Translations under genes and position numbers: made by a program
Part shown: positions 32,640 to 44,417 of the stretch, one piece after another
Layout: each line of letters opens with the position of its first letter
Numbering within the stretch: the first letter of the stretch is position 1
NCBI RefSeq assembly: GCF_000026545.1
Contig: NC_011601.1
Length of the DNA: 64,000 nt
DNA from: Escherichia coli O127:H6 str. E2348/69
GTDB lineage: Bacteria > Pseudomonadota > Gammaproteobacteria > Enterobacterales > Enterobacteriaceae
Reading direction: 5' to 3' (one strand)
The notes under the pieces: model-generated
Databases searched by the model: none
Told to the model about the DNA's origin: nothing
What the model saw: only the letters and a program-made list of their open reading frames with translations

Positions 32640-32815
32640 GTGATCAATTTCAAAATAAAAACAATGATCCGATAAAAATAAAACAGCGTTTCAATTGGTG
32701 TGGTTTTGATCACTTTTATTGATCAAATGAATGTCTATCTTCGTTTCCATCAACACTGATGCTCCGTTGAGGAATGACGCATCAGCCCTTAAAAATATGC
32801 CGACAGGTGATGGAA

Positions 32816-33799
32816 ATGCAGATAAAACGCTCGATTGAGAAAATCCCGGGGGGGATGATGCTCGTCCCGCTATTCCTTGGCGCACTGTGCCACACCTTCT
32901 CGCCGGGGGCGGGGAAATATTTTGGATCATTCACCAACGGGATGATTACCGGTACGGTGCCCATTCTGGCGGTGTGGTTTTTTTGCATGGGGGCGTCAAT
33001 AAAATTAAGCGCGACGGGAACGGTACTGCGTAAATCCGGTACGCTGGTGGTAACTAAAATTGCCGTCGCGTGGGTGGTTGCGGCAATTGCCTCGCGCATT
33101 ATTCCGGAACATGGTGTTGAAGTTGGATTTTTTGCCGGACTTTCAACGTTGGCGCTGGTGGCGGCGATGGATATGACCAACGGCGGACTTTACGCTTCCA
33201 TCATGCAGCAGTACGGCACAAAAGAAGAAGCTGGGGCATTTGTGTTGATGTCGTTGGAGTCCGGGCCGCTCATGACGATGATTATTCTGGGCACTGCCGG
33301 GATTGCCTCGTTTGAACCGCATGTTTTCGTCGGCGCAGTATTGCCGTTCCTGGTGGGCTTTGCCCTGGGGAACCTTGACCCTGAGTTACGAGAATTTTTT
33401 AGCAAAGCGGTGCAGACGCTGATTCCATTCTTTGCCTTCGCATTGGGCAATACCATTGATTTGACTGTAATTGCCCAGACAGGTTTGCTGGGGATCCTGT
33501 TGGGTGTGGCAGTAATTATCGTGACCGGTATTCCGTTGATTATCGCCGATAAATTGATTGGCGGTGGCGATGGCACTGCCGGAATTGCCGCTTCCAGTTC
33601 CGCAGGGGCCGCGGTAGCGACACCTGTGCTGATTGCAGAAATGGTGCCTGCGTTTAAACCTATGGCTCCGGCAGCAACTTCGCTGGTCGCGACGGCGGTC
33701 ATTGTGACTTCGATTCTGGTGCCAATTCTTACCTCTATCTGGTCACGTAAAGTCAAAGCCAGAGCGGCGAAAATCGAAATTTTAGGTACGGTGAAATAA
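32816..33799 (+). CDS. kdgT: 2-keto-3-deoxygluconate permease
   Basis: 327 aa from [23 protein letters not shown]. Confidence 0.9.
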
Positions 33800-33947
33800 A
33801 CCAACTTCCTTAATCCCCACAGCCGGATGAACTAACGTTCGTCTGGTTTTCAATTGCGTTTCTGCCTGGATACTTACCGCGAAAACAGCACGCCTGACAT
33901 AAAATAAATATGGTCTAATGGGGAAATTTCTCGTGGAGAGGGAACAG

Positions 33948-34622
33948 ATGCGATATCCGGTTGATGTATACACAGGCAAGATTCAGGCTTATCCCGAAGG
34001 CAAACCCAGCGCAATTGCCAAAATCCAGGTTGATGGTGAGTTGATGCTGACGGACCTGGGGCTGGAAGGTGACGAACAGGCGGAGAAAAAGATCCACGGC
34101 GGGCCAGACAGAGCGCTGTGTCATTATCCTCGTGAGCATTATCTCTACTGGGCGCGGGAATTTCCGGAACAGGCGGAGCTGTTTGTTGCGCCTGCGCTTG
34201 GCGAAAATCTCTCAACCGACGGTCTGACGGAAAGTAATGTTTATATTGGTGATATTTTCCGCTGGGGAGAGGCATTAATTCAGGTCAGCCAGCCACGCTC
34301 ACCTTGCTATAAACTCAATTACCATTTTGATATCAGCGATATAGCGCAGTTGATGCAAAACACGGGTAAAGTGGGGTGGTTGTATAGCGTAATTGCACCA
34401 GGGTTGGTATCTGCTGATGCGCCACTGGAGTTGGTTTCCCGTGTCAGCGATGTGACCGTGCAGGAGGCTGCCGCCATCGCATGGCATATGCCGTTTGATG
34501 ACGATCAGTATCACCGTTTACTCTCCGCCGCAGGGTTATCGAAAAGCTGGACGCGAACGATGCAAAAGCGCCGACTGAGCGGCAAGATCGAAGATTTTTC
34601 CCGCCGGTTGTGGGGAAAATAA
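33948..34622 (+). CDS. yiiM: MOSC-domain protein
   Basis: 224 aa from MRYPVDVYTGKIQAY. Confidence 0.88.
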   Translation: MRYPVDVYTGKIQAYPEGKPSAIAKIQVDGELMLTDLGLEGDEQAEKKIHGGPDRALCHYPREHYLYWAREFPEQAELFVAPALGENLSTDGLTESNVYIGDIFRWGEALIQVSQPRSPCYKLNYHFDISDIAQLMQNTGKVGWLYSVIAPGLVSADAPLELVSRVSDVTVQEAAAIAWHMPFDDDQYHRLLSAAGLSKSWTRTMQKRRLSGKIEDFSRRLWGK

Positions 34623-34632
34623 CCCCCGGAGT

Positions 34633-34716
34633 GTAGGCCTGATAAGACGCTATCAGCGTCGCATCAGGCATCCTGCTCAAATGCCGGATGCGGCGTAAAC
34701 GCCTTATCCTGCCTAC
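34633..34716. repeat. REP palindromic units (two) between yiiM and cpxA
   Basis: GTAGGCCTGATAAGACGC...GCATCAGGCA and ATGCCGGATGCGGCGTAAACGCCTTATCCTGCCTAC. Confidence 0.85.
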
Positions 34717-34727
34717 AAATGCGGAGT

Positions 34728-36101
34728 TTAACTCCGCTTATACAGCGGCAACCAAATCACCAGCCGTAAACCGCCCAGCGGGCTGTCTTCTGCCTTCACC
34801 CAGCCACGATGCTGCTGAATGGCGGTTTCTACAATCGCCAGCCCCAAACCTGTACCGCCAGATTCACGATCGCGTGCTTCATCGGTCCGATAGAATGGAC
34901 GGAAAATCTGTTCGCGATCTTCCGGGCTAACGCCAGGACCATCGTCGTCCACCGTAATGGTGATACCGTCTTTATCTACCGCAAAGCCCACTTCAATCTT
35001 CGTATGGGAATAACGCAGAGCATTACGAACAATGTTTTCCAGCGCACTTTCCAGGGCGTTCGGGTTGCCGTACAGCGGCCACGGCCCAGGTGGGAAGTTA
35101 ACCGTCAACGACTTGCCCATTTGCTCGGCTTCGAACGCCGCGTTATCCAGCACTTCACTCCACAACTGGTTGGCTTTGATGGTCTCGCTAACCAGCGCAT
35201 TTTTCTGCTGATTACGTGACATCACCAACAGATCGTTGATCATGCTGTCCAGACGTTGCGCTTCGGTTTCAATACGCTCCAGTTCCTTGCTTTCACCGCT
35301 ACGACGGCGCAGTAACGCCGTACCCAGTTGCAGACGCGTCAGCGGGGTGCGCAGTTCGTGAGAGATATCAGAAAGTAGACGCTGCTGAGAGGTCATCATG
35401 CGCTCCAGCGCGGTGACCATCTGGTTAAAACTGGCACCGGCGGCAAGGAATTCCTGTGGCCCCGCTTCCAGTTCCGGGTGCTGGCGTAAGTTTCCCTGGG
35501 CAACTTCATCGGCAGCGTTTTTCAGCTTACGCGCCGGTTTTGCCAGACTCCAGGCCAACCACAACAGCAGCGGCGTACTGACCAGCATGGTGACAATCAG
35601 CAGTAATAGCGGGCGGTCAAACAGTAAGTTGATGAAATCGGATTGAGAACTGCTGGCCGGACGAATCAGATAAAGTTGGTAATTATCTTCGCCATCACGC
35701 ACGGAGAACGGACCGACCAGTTCCACGCGGCCATACTTTTTCTTCTGCGGATGATCGGCGTTATCGGCCTGACCAATAAAGTTACGAATGATCTGCATTT
35801 CGCTGCGTTCAGCGCCGATCACGCGGCCTTCGGTGGTCACCAGTAACAAACGCTGTCCTGGCGGTGCCCACTTATCAATCGCCCGGAACAGACGCCGCCA
35901 CCACATTAAATCGTTGGGCGGATCGTTCGCCAGCTCCGCTTCGACATGCTGCTCAATCATCAGACCCTGACGCTGTTCGCTATCCAGAAGCTCGGTCATC
36001 TGGCGTGAATCGAGCTTGGGTAACATCAAAACCAACATCAACACCAGCGCCAGCGTCAGCCAGAAGATGGCGAAGATGCGCGCGGTTAAGCTGCCTATCA
36101 T
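34728..36101 (-). CDS. cpxA: envelope-stress sensor histidine kinase
   Basis: 457 aa, two TM segments, HisKA H-box (SHELRTPL), HATPase. Confidence 0.95.
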   Translation of the reverse strand: MIGSLTARIFAIFWLTLALVLMLVLMLPKLDSRQMTELLDSEQRQGLMIEQHVEAELANDPPNDLMWWRRLFRAIDKWAPPGQRLLLVTTEGRVIGAERSEMQIIRNFIGQADNADHPQKKKYGRVELVGPFSVRDGEDNYQLYLIRPASSSQSDFINLLFDRPLLLLIVTMLVSTPLLLWLAWSLAKPARKLKNAADEVAQGNLRQHPELEAGPQEFLAAGASFNQMVTALERMMTSQQRLLSDISHELRTPLTRLQLGTALLRRRSGESKELERIETEAQRLDSMINDLLVMSRNQQKNALVSETIKANQLWSEVLDNAAFEAEQMGKSLTVNFPPGPWPLYGNPNALESALENIVRNALRYSHTKIEVGFAVDKDGITITVDDDGPGVSPEDREQIFRPFYRTDEARDRESGGTGLGLAIVETAIQQHRGWVKAEDSPLGGLRLVIWLPLYKRS

Positions 36102-36796
36102 GAAGCAGAAACCATCAGATAGCCGCGACCACGCAGGGTTTTAAACCACGGGTGACCATCTTTACGATCCGGCAGTTTACGACGCAGGTTGGAAATGTGC
36201 ATATCGATAGCGCGGTCGAAAGGCGTCAGGCGCTTGCCCAGCACTTCCTGGCTTAAATGCTCACGGGAAACCACCTGACCCAGATGCTGTGCCAGCAAAT
36301 AGAGCAGGGTAAACTCAGTACCGGTTAACTCCAGTGTTTGCCCGTCGAAGCTGGCTTCCTGGCGACCAGGATTGAGACTTAAGGCATCAACTTCCAGTGT
36401 CGGTGAACCGTTGTCGTTGTTTTGCTGTTGTTCGCTCCAGTGCGAACGGCGCAGGATCGCGCGAATACGTGCCACCAGCTCACGATCATTAAACGGTTTT
36501 GGGAGATAGTCATCTGCGCCCAGCTCAAGCCCGAGAACGCGATCAAGTTCACTGCCGCGCGCCGTCAACATAATGACAGGCGTCTGGTGTGTCTGGCGAA
36601 GTGCTTTTAATGTGTCGATACCATTTTTCTTCGGCATCATTACATCAAGCAAAAGTAAATCAATGCTGTCGTCCAGAAGATCAAGCGCCTGTTCCCCATC
36701 GTGGGCAACAATCACGTTGAAGCCTTCCATCTCGAGCAGCTCCTTTAATAGGGAAGTCAGCTCTCGGTCATCATCAACTAACAGGATTTTATTCAT
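36098..36796 (-). CDS. cpxR: envelope-stress response regulator
   Basis: 232 aa, OmpR family; overlaps cpxA. Confidence 0.95.
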   Translation of the reverse strand: MNKILLVDDDRELTSLLKELLEMEGFNVIVAHDGEQALDLLDDSIDLLLLDVMMPKKNGIDTLKALRQTHQTPVIMLTARGSELDRVLGLELGADDYLPKPFNDRELVARIRAILRRSHWSEQQQNNDNGSPTLEVDALSLNPGRQEASFDGQTLELTGTEFTLLYLLAQHLGQVVSREHLSQEVLGKRLTPFDRAIDMHISNLRRKLPDRKDGHPWFKTLRGRGYLMVSAS

Positions 36797-36851
36797 TGTT
36801 TAAATACCTCCGAGGCAGAAATTACGTCATCAGACGTCGCTAATCCATGAC

Positions 36852-36866
36852 TTTACGTTGTTTTAC
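36852..36866 (-). promoter_or_regulatory. CpxR box GTAAA-N5-GTAAA in the cpxR/cpxP divergent region
   Basis: plus strand TTTACgttgtTTTAC is the reverse complement of the tandem GTAAA consensus. Confidence 0.7.
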
Positions 36867-36945
36867 ACCCCCTGACGCATGTTTGCAGCCTGAATCGTAA
36901 ACTCTCTATCGTTGAATCGCGACAGAAAGATTTTGGGAGCAAATG

Positions 36946-37446
36946 ATGCGCATAGTTACCGCTGCCGTCATGGCCTCAACGCTGGCAGTCAGTTCATTAA
37001 GCCACGCTGCTGAAGTCGGTTCAGGCGATAACTGGCATCCGGGTGAAGAACTTACGCAGCGCAGTACGCAGAGCCATATGTTCGACGGCATAAGTTTAAC
37101 CGAACATCAGCGTCAGCAGATGCGAGATCTTATGCAACAGGCCCGGCACGAACAGCCTCCTGTTAATGTTAGCGAACTGGAGACAATGCATCGCCTTGTC
37201 ACCGCAGAAAATTTTGATGAAAACGCTGTGCGTGCACAGGCAGAAAAAATGGCGAACGAGCAAATAGCTCGTCAGGTTGAGATGGCAAAAGTCCGCAACC
37301 AAATGTATCGCCTGTTAACGCCGGAGCAGCAAGCGGTTTTAAACGAGAAACATCAACAACGAATGGAGCAGTTGCGCGACGTGACGCAATGGCAAAAAAG
37401 TTCATCGTTGAAGCTATTGAGTAGTAGCAACTCACGTTCCCAGTAG
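36946..37446 (+). CDS. cpxP: periplasmic Cpx pathway inhibitor/adaptor
   Basis: 166 aa from [21 protein letters not shown]; LTxxQ motifs. Confidence 0.93.
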
Positions 37447-37454
37447 TAAACCCT

Positions 37455-37512
37455 GTTTTCCTTGCCATAGACACCATCCCTGTCTTCCCCCACATGATGT
37501 GGGGGTTTTTTT
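37455..37512 (+). ncRNA. cpxQ: cpxP 3'UTR, expected source of the 3'UTR-derived sRNA CpxQ
   Basis: about 58 nt between the cpxP stop and its terminator T-run; assignment rests on the known K-12 locus arrangement, boundaries approximate. Confidence 0.45.
37487..37512 (+). terminator. cpxP rho-independent terminator
   Basis: CCCCCACATGATGTGGGGG followed by TTTTTTT. Confidence 0.85.
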
Positions 37513-37593
37513 ATCCTCAATTTGCCTGCTGCTTAATGCATTGCAGATGATTTGCTTCCGTTATACTACCGTCAGTTGATAGCGGGAGTATTT

Positions 37594-38496
37594 ATGAATC
37601 AATCTTATGGACGGCTGGTCAGTCGGGCGGCGATTGCTGCGACGGCGATGGCTTCGCTGCTATTGCTGATTAAAATTTTTGCATGGTGGTATACCGGGTC
37701 GGTGAGTATTCTCGCCGCGCTGGTGGATTCGCTGGTGGATATCGGCGCGTCGTTGACGAATTTACTGGTGGTGCGATATTCCCTGCAACCTGCCGACGAT
37801 AATCACTCGTTTGGTCACGGTAAAGCTGAGTCTCTCGCGGCGCTGGCGCAAAGTATGTTTATCTCCGGTTCGGCACTATTCCTGTTTTTGACGGGTATTC
37901 AACATCTGGTATCTCCAACACCGATGACAGATCCAGGCGTCGGGGTTATCGTGACAATTGTGGCGCTAATTTGTACGATTATCCTTGTCTCGTTTCAGCG
38001 TTGGGTGGTGCGCCGGACGCAAAGCCAGGCGGTGCGGGCTGATATGCTACATTACCAGTCTGATGTTATGATGAACGGCGCAATTCTGCTGGCGCTGGGG
38101 TTGTCCTGGTACGGCTGGCATCGCGCCGATGCTCTGTTTGCATTGGGGATCGGCATCTATATTTTATATAGCGCGTTACGCATGGGATATGAGGCGGTAC
38201 AGTCATTACTGGATCGCGCATTGCCTGATGAGGAACGGCAAGAAATTATTGATATCGTGGCTTCCTGGCCGGGTGTTAGCGGCGCTCACGATCTTCGCAC
38301 GCGGCAGTCAGGGCCGACCCGCTTTATTCAGATTCATTTGGAAATGGAAGACTCTCTGCCTTTGGTTCAGGCACATATGGTGGCGGATCAGGTAGAGCAG
38401 GCTATTTTACGGCGTTTTCCGGGATCGGATGTGATTATCCATCAGGACCCCTGTTCCGTCGTACCCAGGGAGGGTAAACGGTCTATGCTTTCATAA
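37594..38496 (+). CDS. fieF: cation diffusion facilitator (ferrous iron/zinc efflux)
   Basis: 300 aa from [14 protein letters not shown]. Confidence 0.9.
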   Translation: MNQSYGRLVSRAAIAATAMASLLLLIKIFAWWYTGSVSILAALVDSLVDIGASLTNLLVVRYSLQPADDNHSFGHGKAESLAALAQSMFISGSALFLFLTGIQHLVSPTPMTDPGVGVIVTIVALICTIILVSFQRWVVRRTQSQAVRADMLHYQSDVMMNGAILLALGLSWYGWHRADALFALGIGIYILYSALRMGYEAVQSLLDRALPDEERQEIIDIVASWPGVSGAHDLRTRQSGPTRFIQIHLEMEDSLPLVQAHMVADQVEQAILRRFPGSDVIIHQDPCSVVPREGKRSMLS

Positions 38497-38676
38497 TCAG
38501 TATAAAAGAGAGCCAGACCCGCATTTTGTGTATAAAATACCGCCATTTGGCCTGACCTGAATCAATTCAGCAGGAAGTGATTGTTATACTATTTGCACAT
38601 TCGTTGGATCACTTCGATGTGCAAGAAGACTTCCGGCAACAGATTTCATTTTGCATTCCAAAGTTCAGAGGTAGTC

Positions 38677-39639
38677 ATGATTAAGAAAATCGGTGTGTTG
38701 ACAAGCGGCGGTGATGCGCCAGGCATGAACGCCGCAATTCGCGGGGTTGTTCGTTCTGCGCTGACAGAAGGTCTGGAAGTAATGGGCATTTATGACGGCT
38801 ATCTGGGTCTGTATGAAGACCGTATGGTACAGCTAGACCGTTACAGCGTTTCTGACATGATCAACCGTGGTGGTACGTTCCTCGGTTCTGCGCGTTTCCC
38901 GGAATTCCGCGACGAGAACATCCGCGCCGTGGCTATCGAAAACCTGAAAAAACGTGGGATCGACGCGCTGGTGGTTATCGGCGGTGACGGCTCCTACATG
39001 GGGGCAATGCGTCTGACCGAAATGGGCTTCCCGTGCATCGGCCTGCCGGGCACTATTGACAACGACATCAAAGGCACTGACTACACGATCGGTTTCTTCA
39101 CTGCGCTGAGCACCGTTGTAGAAGCGATCGACCGTCTGCGTGACACCTCTTCTTCTCACCAGCGTATTTCCGTGGTGGAAGTGATGGGCCGTTATTGTGG
39201 CGATCTGACGTTGGCTGCGGCCATTGCCGGTGGCTGTGAATTCGTTGTGGTTCCGGAAGTTGAATTCAGCCGTGAAGACCTGGTAAACGAAATCAAAGCG
39301 GGTATCGCGAAAGGTAAAAAACACGCGATCGTGGCGATTACCGAACATATGTGTGATGTTGACGAACTGGCGCATTTCATCGAGAAAGAAACCGGCCGTG
39401 AAACCCGCGCAACTGTGCTGGGCCACATCCAGCGCGGTGGTTCTCCGGTGCCTTACGACCGTATTCTGGCTTCCCGTATGGGCGCTTACGCTATCGAGCT
39501 GCTGCTGGCAGGTTACGGTGGTCGTTGCGTAGGTATCCAGAACGAACAGCTGGTTCACCACGACATCATCGACGCTATCGAAAACATGAAGCGTCCGTTC
39601 AAAGGCGACTGGCTGGACTGCGCGAAAAAACTGTATTAA
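38677..39639 (+). CDS. pfkA: 6-phosphofructokinase I
   Basis: 320 aa from [23 protein letters not shown]; AGAGG SD. Confidence 0.95.
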   Translation: MIKKIGVLTSGGDAPGMNAAIRGVVRSALTEGLEVMGIYDGYLGLYEDRMVQLDRYSVSDMINRGGTFLGSARFPEFRDENIRAVAIENLKKRGIDALVVIGGDGSYMGAMRLTEMGFPCIGLPGTIDNDIKGTDYTIGFFTALSTVVEAIDRLRDTSSSHQRISVVEVMGRYCGDLTLAAAIAGGCEFVVVPEVEFSREDLVNEIKAGIAKGKKHAIVAITEHMCDVDELAHFIEKETGRETRATVLGHIQRGGSPVPYDRILASRMGAYAIELLLAGYGGRCVGIQNEQLVHHDIIDAIENMKRPFKGDWLDCAKKLY

Positions 39640-39694
39640 TGATTTCGGAAAAAGGCAGATTCCTTTAGCCTGAAACCGATGACAGAAGCAAAAA

Positions 39695-39793
39695 GGCCTG
39701 ATGCGCTTCGCTTATCAGGCCTACATGAATTCTGTAATCTATTGAATTTGCAAACTTTTGTAGGCCGGATAAGGCGTTTGTGCCGCATCCGGC
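39695..39793. repeat. REP palindromic units after pfkA
   Basis: GCCTGATGCGCTTCGCTTATCAGGCCTAC and GTAGGCCGGATAAGGCGTTTGTGCCGCATCCGGCA. Confidence 0.85.
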
Positions 39794-39958
39794 ATGGACA
39801 AAGCGCACTTTGTCAGCAATATGAGGCGGATTTCTTCCGCCTTTTTAATCCCCCAACATATACTCGCAAGTTATAGCCAATCTTTTTTTATTCTTTAATG
39901 TTTGGTCAACCTTCTGGCACGCTTTGCTCATCACAACACAACATAAGAGAGTCGGGCG

Positions 39959-40948
39959 ATGAAAAAGTGGGGCGTAGGGTTAACATTTTTGCTGGCGGCA
40001 ACCAGCGTTATGGCAAAGGATATTCAGCTTCTTAACGTTTCATATGATCCAACGCGCGAATTGTACGAACAGTACAACAAGGCATTCAGCGCCCACTGGA
40101 AACAGCAAACTGGCGATAACGTGGTGATTCGTCAGTCACACGGTGGTTCAGGCAAACAAGCGACGTCGGTAATCAACGGTATTGAAGCTGATGTTGTCAC
40201 GCTGGCTCTGGCCTATGACGTGGACGCGATTGCTGAACGCGGGCGGATTGATAAAGAGTGGATCAAACGTCTGCCGGATAACTCCGCACCGTACACTTCC
40301 ACCATTGTTTTCCTGGTACGTAAGGGTAATCCGAAGCAGATCCATGACTGGAACGATCTGATTAAACCGGGTGTTTCGGTGATCACGCCTAATCCGAAAA
40401 GCTCTGGTGGCGCGCGCTGGAATTACCTGGCAGCCTGGGGCTACGCGCTGCATCACAACAACAACGATCAGGCAAAAGCACAGGATTTTGTTCGTGCACT
40501 GTATAAAAACGTCGAAGTTCTGGATTCTGGCGCGCGCGGATCCACTAACACTTTTGTCGAGCGCGGAATTGGCGATGTACTGATTGCCTGGGAAAATGAA
40601 GCTCTGCTGGCAGCGAATGAACTGGGGAAAGATAAATTCGAAATCGTTACGCCGAGTGAGTCTATCCTCGCAGAGCCAACCGTGTCGGTGGTCGATAAAG
40701 TGGTCGAGAAAAAAGGCACCAAAGAGGTGGCGGAAGCCTACCTGAAATATCTCTACTCGCCAGAAGGTCAGGAAATTGCAGCGAAAAACTACTACCGTCC
40801 GCGCGACGCTGAGGTAGCGAAAAAGTACGAAAATGCGTTTCCAAAATTGAAGTTATTCACCATTGATGAAGAGTTCGGCGGCTGGACGAAAGCGCAAAAA
40901 GAGCATTTTGCTAACGGCGGTACGTTCGATCAGATCAGCAAACGCTGA
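39959..40948 (+). CDS. sbp: periplasmic sulfate-binding protein
   Basis: 329 aa with signal peptide. Confidence 0.93.
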   Translation: MKKWGVGLTFLLAATSVMAKDIQLLNVSYDPTRELYEQYNKAFSAHWKQQTGDNVVIRQSHGGSGKQATSVINGIEADVVTLALAYDVDAIAERGRIDKEWIKRLPDNSAPYTSTIVFLVRKGNPKQIHDWNDLIKPGVSVITPNPKSSGGARWNYLAAWGYALHHNNNDQAKAQDFVRALYKNVEVLDSGARGSTNTFVERGIGDVLIAWENEALLAANELGKDKFEIVTPSESILAEPTVSVVDKVVEKKGTKEVAEAYLKYLYSPEGQEIAAKNYYRPRDAEVAKKYENAFPKLKLFTIDEEFGGWTKAQKEHFANGGTFDQISKR

Positions 40949-41054
40949 TTTCCCCAGGATAATTATCAAGCCCGGTGGTTTCTCGCGACTGGGTTTTTTA
41001 TTTGTCACGATTTTGCGTTACCCTTGCATCTCTTTGAGGTACAGGGAAAAAAAG

Positions 41055-41810
41055 ATGAAAAAAGCGGGTCTTCTTTTTTTGGTGATGATAGTTATCGCCG
41101 TTGTGGCTGCCGGTATTGGTTACTGGAAATTAACCGGTGAAGAGTCAGACACGTTACGTAAGATTGTTCTTGAGCAATGTTTGCCCAACCAGCAGGAAAA
41201 CCAAAACCCGTCGCCATGTGCGGAAGTCAAACCCAACGCCGGATACGTGGTTTTAAAAGATCGTCATGGCCCACTGCAATATCTGTTGATGCCAACGTAC
41301 CGTATTAACGGTACTGAAAGCCCATTGTTGACCGATCCGTCAACGCCTAATTTTTTCTGGTTAGCCTGGCAGGCGCGTGATTTTATGAGCCAAAAATACG
41401 GCCAGCCTGTTCCCGATCGCGCGGTATCTCTGGCGATCAACTCCCGGACCGGGCGTACGCAAAACCATTTTCATATTCATATTTCTTGTATTCGTCCTGA
41501 TGTGCGCGAACAACTGGATAACAATCTGGCGAACATCAGTAGCCGCTGGTTGCCACTGCCAGGTGGTTTGCGTGGGCATGAGTACCTGGCGCGTCGGGTA
41601 ACGGAAAGCGAACTGGTACAACGCAGCCCATTTATGATGCTGGCGGAAGAAGTGCCTGAGGCGCGGGAACATATGGGAAGCTACGGGCTGGCGATGGTAC
41701 GGCAGAGTGATAACTCATTTGTATTGCTGGCGACACAACGAAATCTACTGACGCTGAACCGTGCTTCAGCCGAGGAAATCCAGGATCATCAGTGTGAGAT
41801 TTTGCGTTAA
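41055..41810 (+). CDS. cdh: CDP-diacylglycerol pyrophosphatase
   Basis: 251 aa from [17 protein letters not shown]; the track ORF extends 64 codons upstream. Confidence 0.9.
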   Translation: MKKAGLLFLVMIVIAVVAAGIGYWKLTGEESDTLRKIVLEQCLPNQQENQNPSPCAEVKPNAGYVVLKDRHGPLQYLLMPTYRINGTESPLLTDPSTPNFFWLAWQARDFMSQKYGQPVPDRAVSLAINSRTGRTQNHFHIHISCIRPDVREQLDNNLANISSRWLPLPGGLRGHEYLARRVTESELVQRSPFMMLAEEVPEAREHMGSYGLAMVRQSDNSFVLLATQRNLLTLNRASAEEIQDHQCEILR

Positions 41811-41832
41811 GGCGAGGAGTTTAGGAAAGTAA

Positions 41833-41855
41833 GTGCCGGATATGAAATCCGGCAC
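41833..41855. terminator. hairpin between convergent cdh and tpiA
   Basis: GTGCCGGA-tatgaaa-TCCGGCAC inverted repeat; no strong T-run. Confidence 0.4.
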
Positions 41856-41864
41856 CTGTCAGAC

Positions 41865-42632
41865 TTAAGCCTGTTTAGCCGCTTCTGCAGCTTTAACGAT
41901 CACGGCGAAAGCGTCAGCTTTCAGAGAAGCACCGCCAACCAGCGCGCCGTCGATGTCTGGCTGAGCAAACAGTTCTGCAGCGTTAGACGCGTTTACAGAG
42001 CCGCCGTACTGAATGATCACTTGTTCAGCGATGTTAGCGTCAACTTTAGCAATGTGGTCACGGATGAATTTGTGAACAGCCTGTGCCTTAGCCGGAGTTG
42101 CAGATTTGCCAGTACCGATTGCCCATACAGGTTCGTAAGCGATAACCGCACCTTCGAATGCCGCAGCACCCTGAGTTTTCAGTACCGCGTCGATCTGACG
42201 TGCACAAACTTCTTCAGTTTTGCCCGCTTCGTTTTCCGCTTCGGTTTCACCGATGCACAGAACCGGAGTCAGTCCCTGCTCTTTCAGCACCGCGAATTTT
42301 TTCGCGATCAGTTCGTCAGATTCTTTGTGGTAAGTACGACGTTCAGAGTGGCCGATGATGATGTACTGTGCGCCGATGTCTTTCAGCATAGCAGCAGAGG
42401 TTTCACCGGTGAATGCGCCGGACAGGTTCAGGTCCACGTTTTGCGCACCCAGCATGATGTGGCTGCCTTCAGCTTCACGCTTCGCCATATCGATGTACAT
42501 TTCCGGTGGTGCGATTGCAACCGCACAGCCAGCAACACCTGCCAGCTCTTTACGCAGGTTAGATACCAGCTCGTGAACCATGTGGCGGCTGCCGTTCAGT
42601 TTCCAGTTACCCATCACTAAAGGATGTCGCAT
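41865..42632 (-). CDS. tpiA: triosephosphate isomerase
   Basis: 255 aa, [14 protein letters not shown]. Confidence 0.95.
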   Translation of the reverse strand: MRHPLVMGNWKLNGSRHMVHELVSNLRKELAGVAGCAVAIAPPEMYIDMAKREAEGSHIMLGAQNVDLNLSGAFTGETSAAMLKDIGAQYIIIGHSERRTYHKESDELIAKKFAVLKEQGLTPVLCIGETEAENEAGKTEEVCARQIDAVLKTQGAAAFEGAVIAYEPVWAIGTGKSATPAKAQAVHKFIRDHIAKVDANIAEQVIIQYGGSVNASNAAELFAQPDIDGALVGGASLKADAFAVIVKAAEAAKQA

Positions 42633-42739
42633 TTTAATTCTCCACGCTTATAAGCGAATAAAGGAAGATGGCCGCCCCGCAGGGCAGCAGGTCTGTGAAA
42701 CAGTATAGAGATTCATCGGCACAAAGGCTTTGCTTTTTG

Positions 42740-43339
42740 TCATTTATTCAAACCTTCAAGCGATTCAGATAGCGCCAGCTTAATCGGTTCAACAGCGAAG
42801 GTCAGCCCCTTTTCGCCGTTGTCCGCGACAACATAACGCAGTGCACCTTCTGTCTCGGTGTAATAACGTTTGTTTTTCCCCGCCGTTAGTAGCGACTGCA
42901 GTTTTTTCTGGCTTTGAGTTTTGGTCATTAATGGGGTGAGTGTGCGGATCACCGCTGCCATGTATGCCTGAGCTTTCGTTTTCGCGGCTTTTTGCTCTGG
43001 CCCCTGGATGGGTAGCCAGGTTATTTGAATGCTTTTGATTTTTAAGGTACCGCGCTCCAGTGCAGTAGAAGCATACAAGTTCTCGTTAATTTTACTTGCT
43101 GCACGAGTGAGATTGGCTTTGTCGGGACTGCTGTCGATGGCACGAAATTCGTTCAGTGGCAGGCTGGGATTCTGGCTGTTAAAGTCTTCTCGAAACTGGC
43201 TGATGGAGAGATCGAAAGTAGGGGCTCCAGCCAGCAGATAAGGCGCGGTCGTTGCCGTATCTGGTGTTTGTGCATGCGCCGTTGTTGTAACGGTTAATGC
43301 AGAACATAAGAGAAAAAACAGCGTACACCCTGGCTTCAT
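42740..43339 (-). CDS. yiiQ: DUF1454-family periplasmic protein
   Basis: 199 aa with signal peptide; K-12 order. Confidence 0.85.
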   Translation of the reverse strand: MKPGCTLFFLLCSALTVTTTAHAQTPDTATTAPYLLAGAPTFDLSISQFREDFNSQNPSLPLNEFRAIDSSPDKANLTRAASKINENLYASTALERGTLKIKSIQITWLPIQGPEQKAAKTKAQAYMAAVIRTLTPLMTKTQSQKKLQSLLTAGKNKRYYTETEGALRYVVADNGEKGLTFAVEPIKLALSESLEGLNK

Positions 43340-43439
43340 TGACAGTACCTTTTGTTATGACTGGCTCCGATTAAAACGATATCTGTCGCCCTTGTCAAAA
43401 GGGTAGAATCCTGGAAAAGACAACCATCAAGGAACTTAC

Positions 43440-43880
43440 ATGACCATACAGCAATGGTTATTCTCATTTAAAGGGCGTATTGGACGCCGTGATTTCTGGA
43501 TTTGGATAGGCCTGTGGTTCGCAGGCATGCTGGTGCTTTTCTCACTGGCGGGTAAAAATTTACTTGATATTCAGACCGCGGCGTTTTGCCTTGTGTGCTT
43601 GCTTTGGCCAACAGCGGCAGTAACCGTTAAGCGCTTGCATGATCGCGGGCGTTCCGGCGCATGGGCATTTCTGATGATTGTGGCGTGGATGCTGCTGGCG
43701 GGTAACTGGGCAATTTTACCGGGTGTCTGGCAATGGGCGGTGGGGCGTTTTATCCCGACATTGATTCTGGTGATGATGCTTATCGATCTTGGTGCGTTTG
43801 TTGGCACACAAGGCGAAAATAAATATGGTAAAGATACCCAGGATGTGAAGTATAAAGCCGACAATAAATCAAGTAATTAA
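43440..43880 (+). CDS. yiiR: DUF805 inner membrane protein
   Basis: 146 aa, hydrophobic. Confidence 0.85.
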   Translation: MTIQQWLFSFKGRIGRRDFWIWIGLWFAGMLVLFSLAGKNLLDIQTAAFCLVCLLWPTAAVTVKRLHDRGRSGAWAFLMIVAWMLLAGNWAILPGVWQWAVGRFIPTLILVMMLIDLGAFVGTQGENKYGKDTQDVKYKADNKSSN

Positions 43881-44091
43881 CCTTTAATATATCTCTTACT
43901 GCTATTTTTTTCCGGGATTGTTATTTCCACGATGCAAGTGACAATGCCCGGAAAATCCTTCTGAACTCTTCACCTTAAGCAATATCAAAAAAAATGGTAA
44001 TCCATAAGATCATTACTTGTTTGTTCTTCCTTTAACGGCGCATTATTCTTAAGTCGTAATCGACAGAGAGGCGAATATACAGAGGTGCCCT

Positions 44092-44391
44092 ATGAAAGAT
44101 GTCGTAGATAAATGCAGTACTAAAGGATGTGCGATTGATATCGGTACGGTGATTGATAACGACAACTGTACCAGTAAGTTTTCGCGCTTTTTTGCCACCC
44201 GCGAAGAAGCTGAGTCCTTTATGACCAAACTGAAAGAGCTTGCCACCGCTGCATCCTCTGCGGATGAAGGGGCCAGCGTGGCCTATAAGATTAAGGATCT
44301 GGAGGGGCAAGTTGAGCTTGATGCGGCCTTCACCTTCTCATGCCAGGCCGAGATGATTATTTTTGAGTTATCACTGCGTTCGTTAGCTTGA
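44092..44391 (+). CDS. yiiS: UPF0381/DUF406 protein
   Basis: 99 aa. Confidence 0.85.
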   Translation: MKDVVDKCSTKGCAIDIGTVIDNDNCTSKFSRFFATREEAESFMTKLKELATAASSADEGASVAYKIKDLEGQVELDAAFTFSCQAEMIIFELSLRSLA

Positions 44392-44417
44392 TGGAGTTGC
44401 TTTAGAAGGAGTTAAAT

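Noticed and set aside
38581-38676. N-terminal extensions in the ORF track for pfkA and likewise metB, metJ, cdh, glpK, priA, kdgT, fieF, rhaT, rhaR
   Set aside because: The extensions lack SD sequences and are not part of the protein N-termini I recall; internal starts with good SD and correct length were chosen instead.
38833-39561. 242-aa minus-strand ORF inside pfkA
   Set aside because: Shadow ORF antisense to a highly conserved glycolytic gene.
42021-42620. 199-aa plus-strand ORF inside tpiA
   Set aside because: Antisense shadow ORF.
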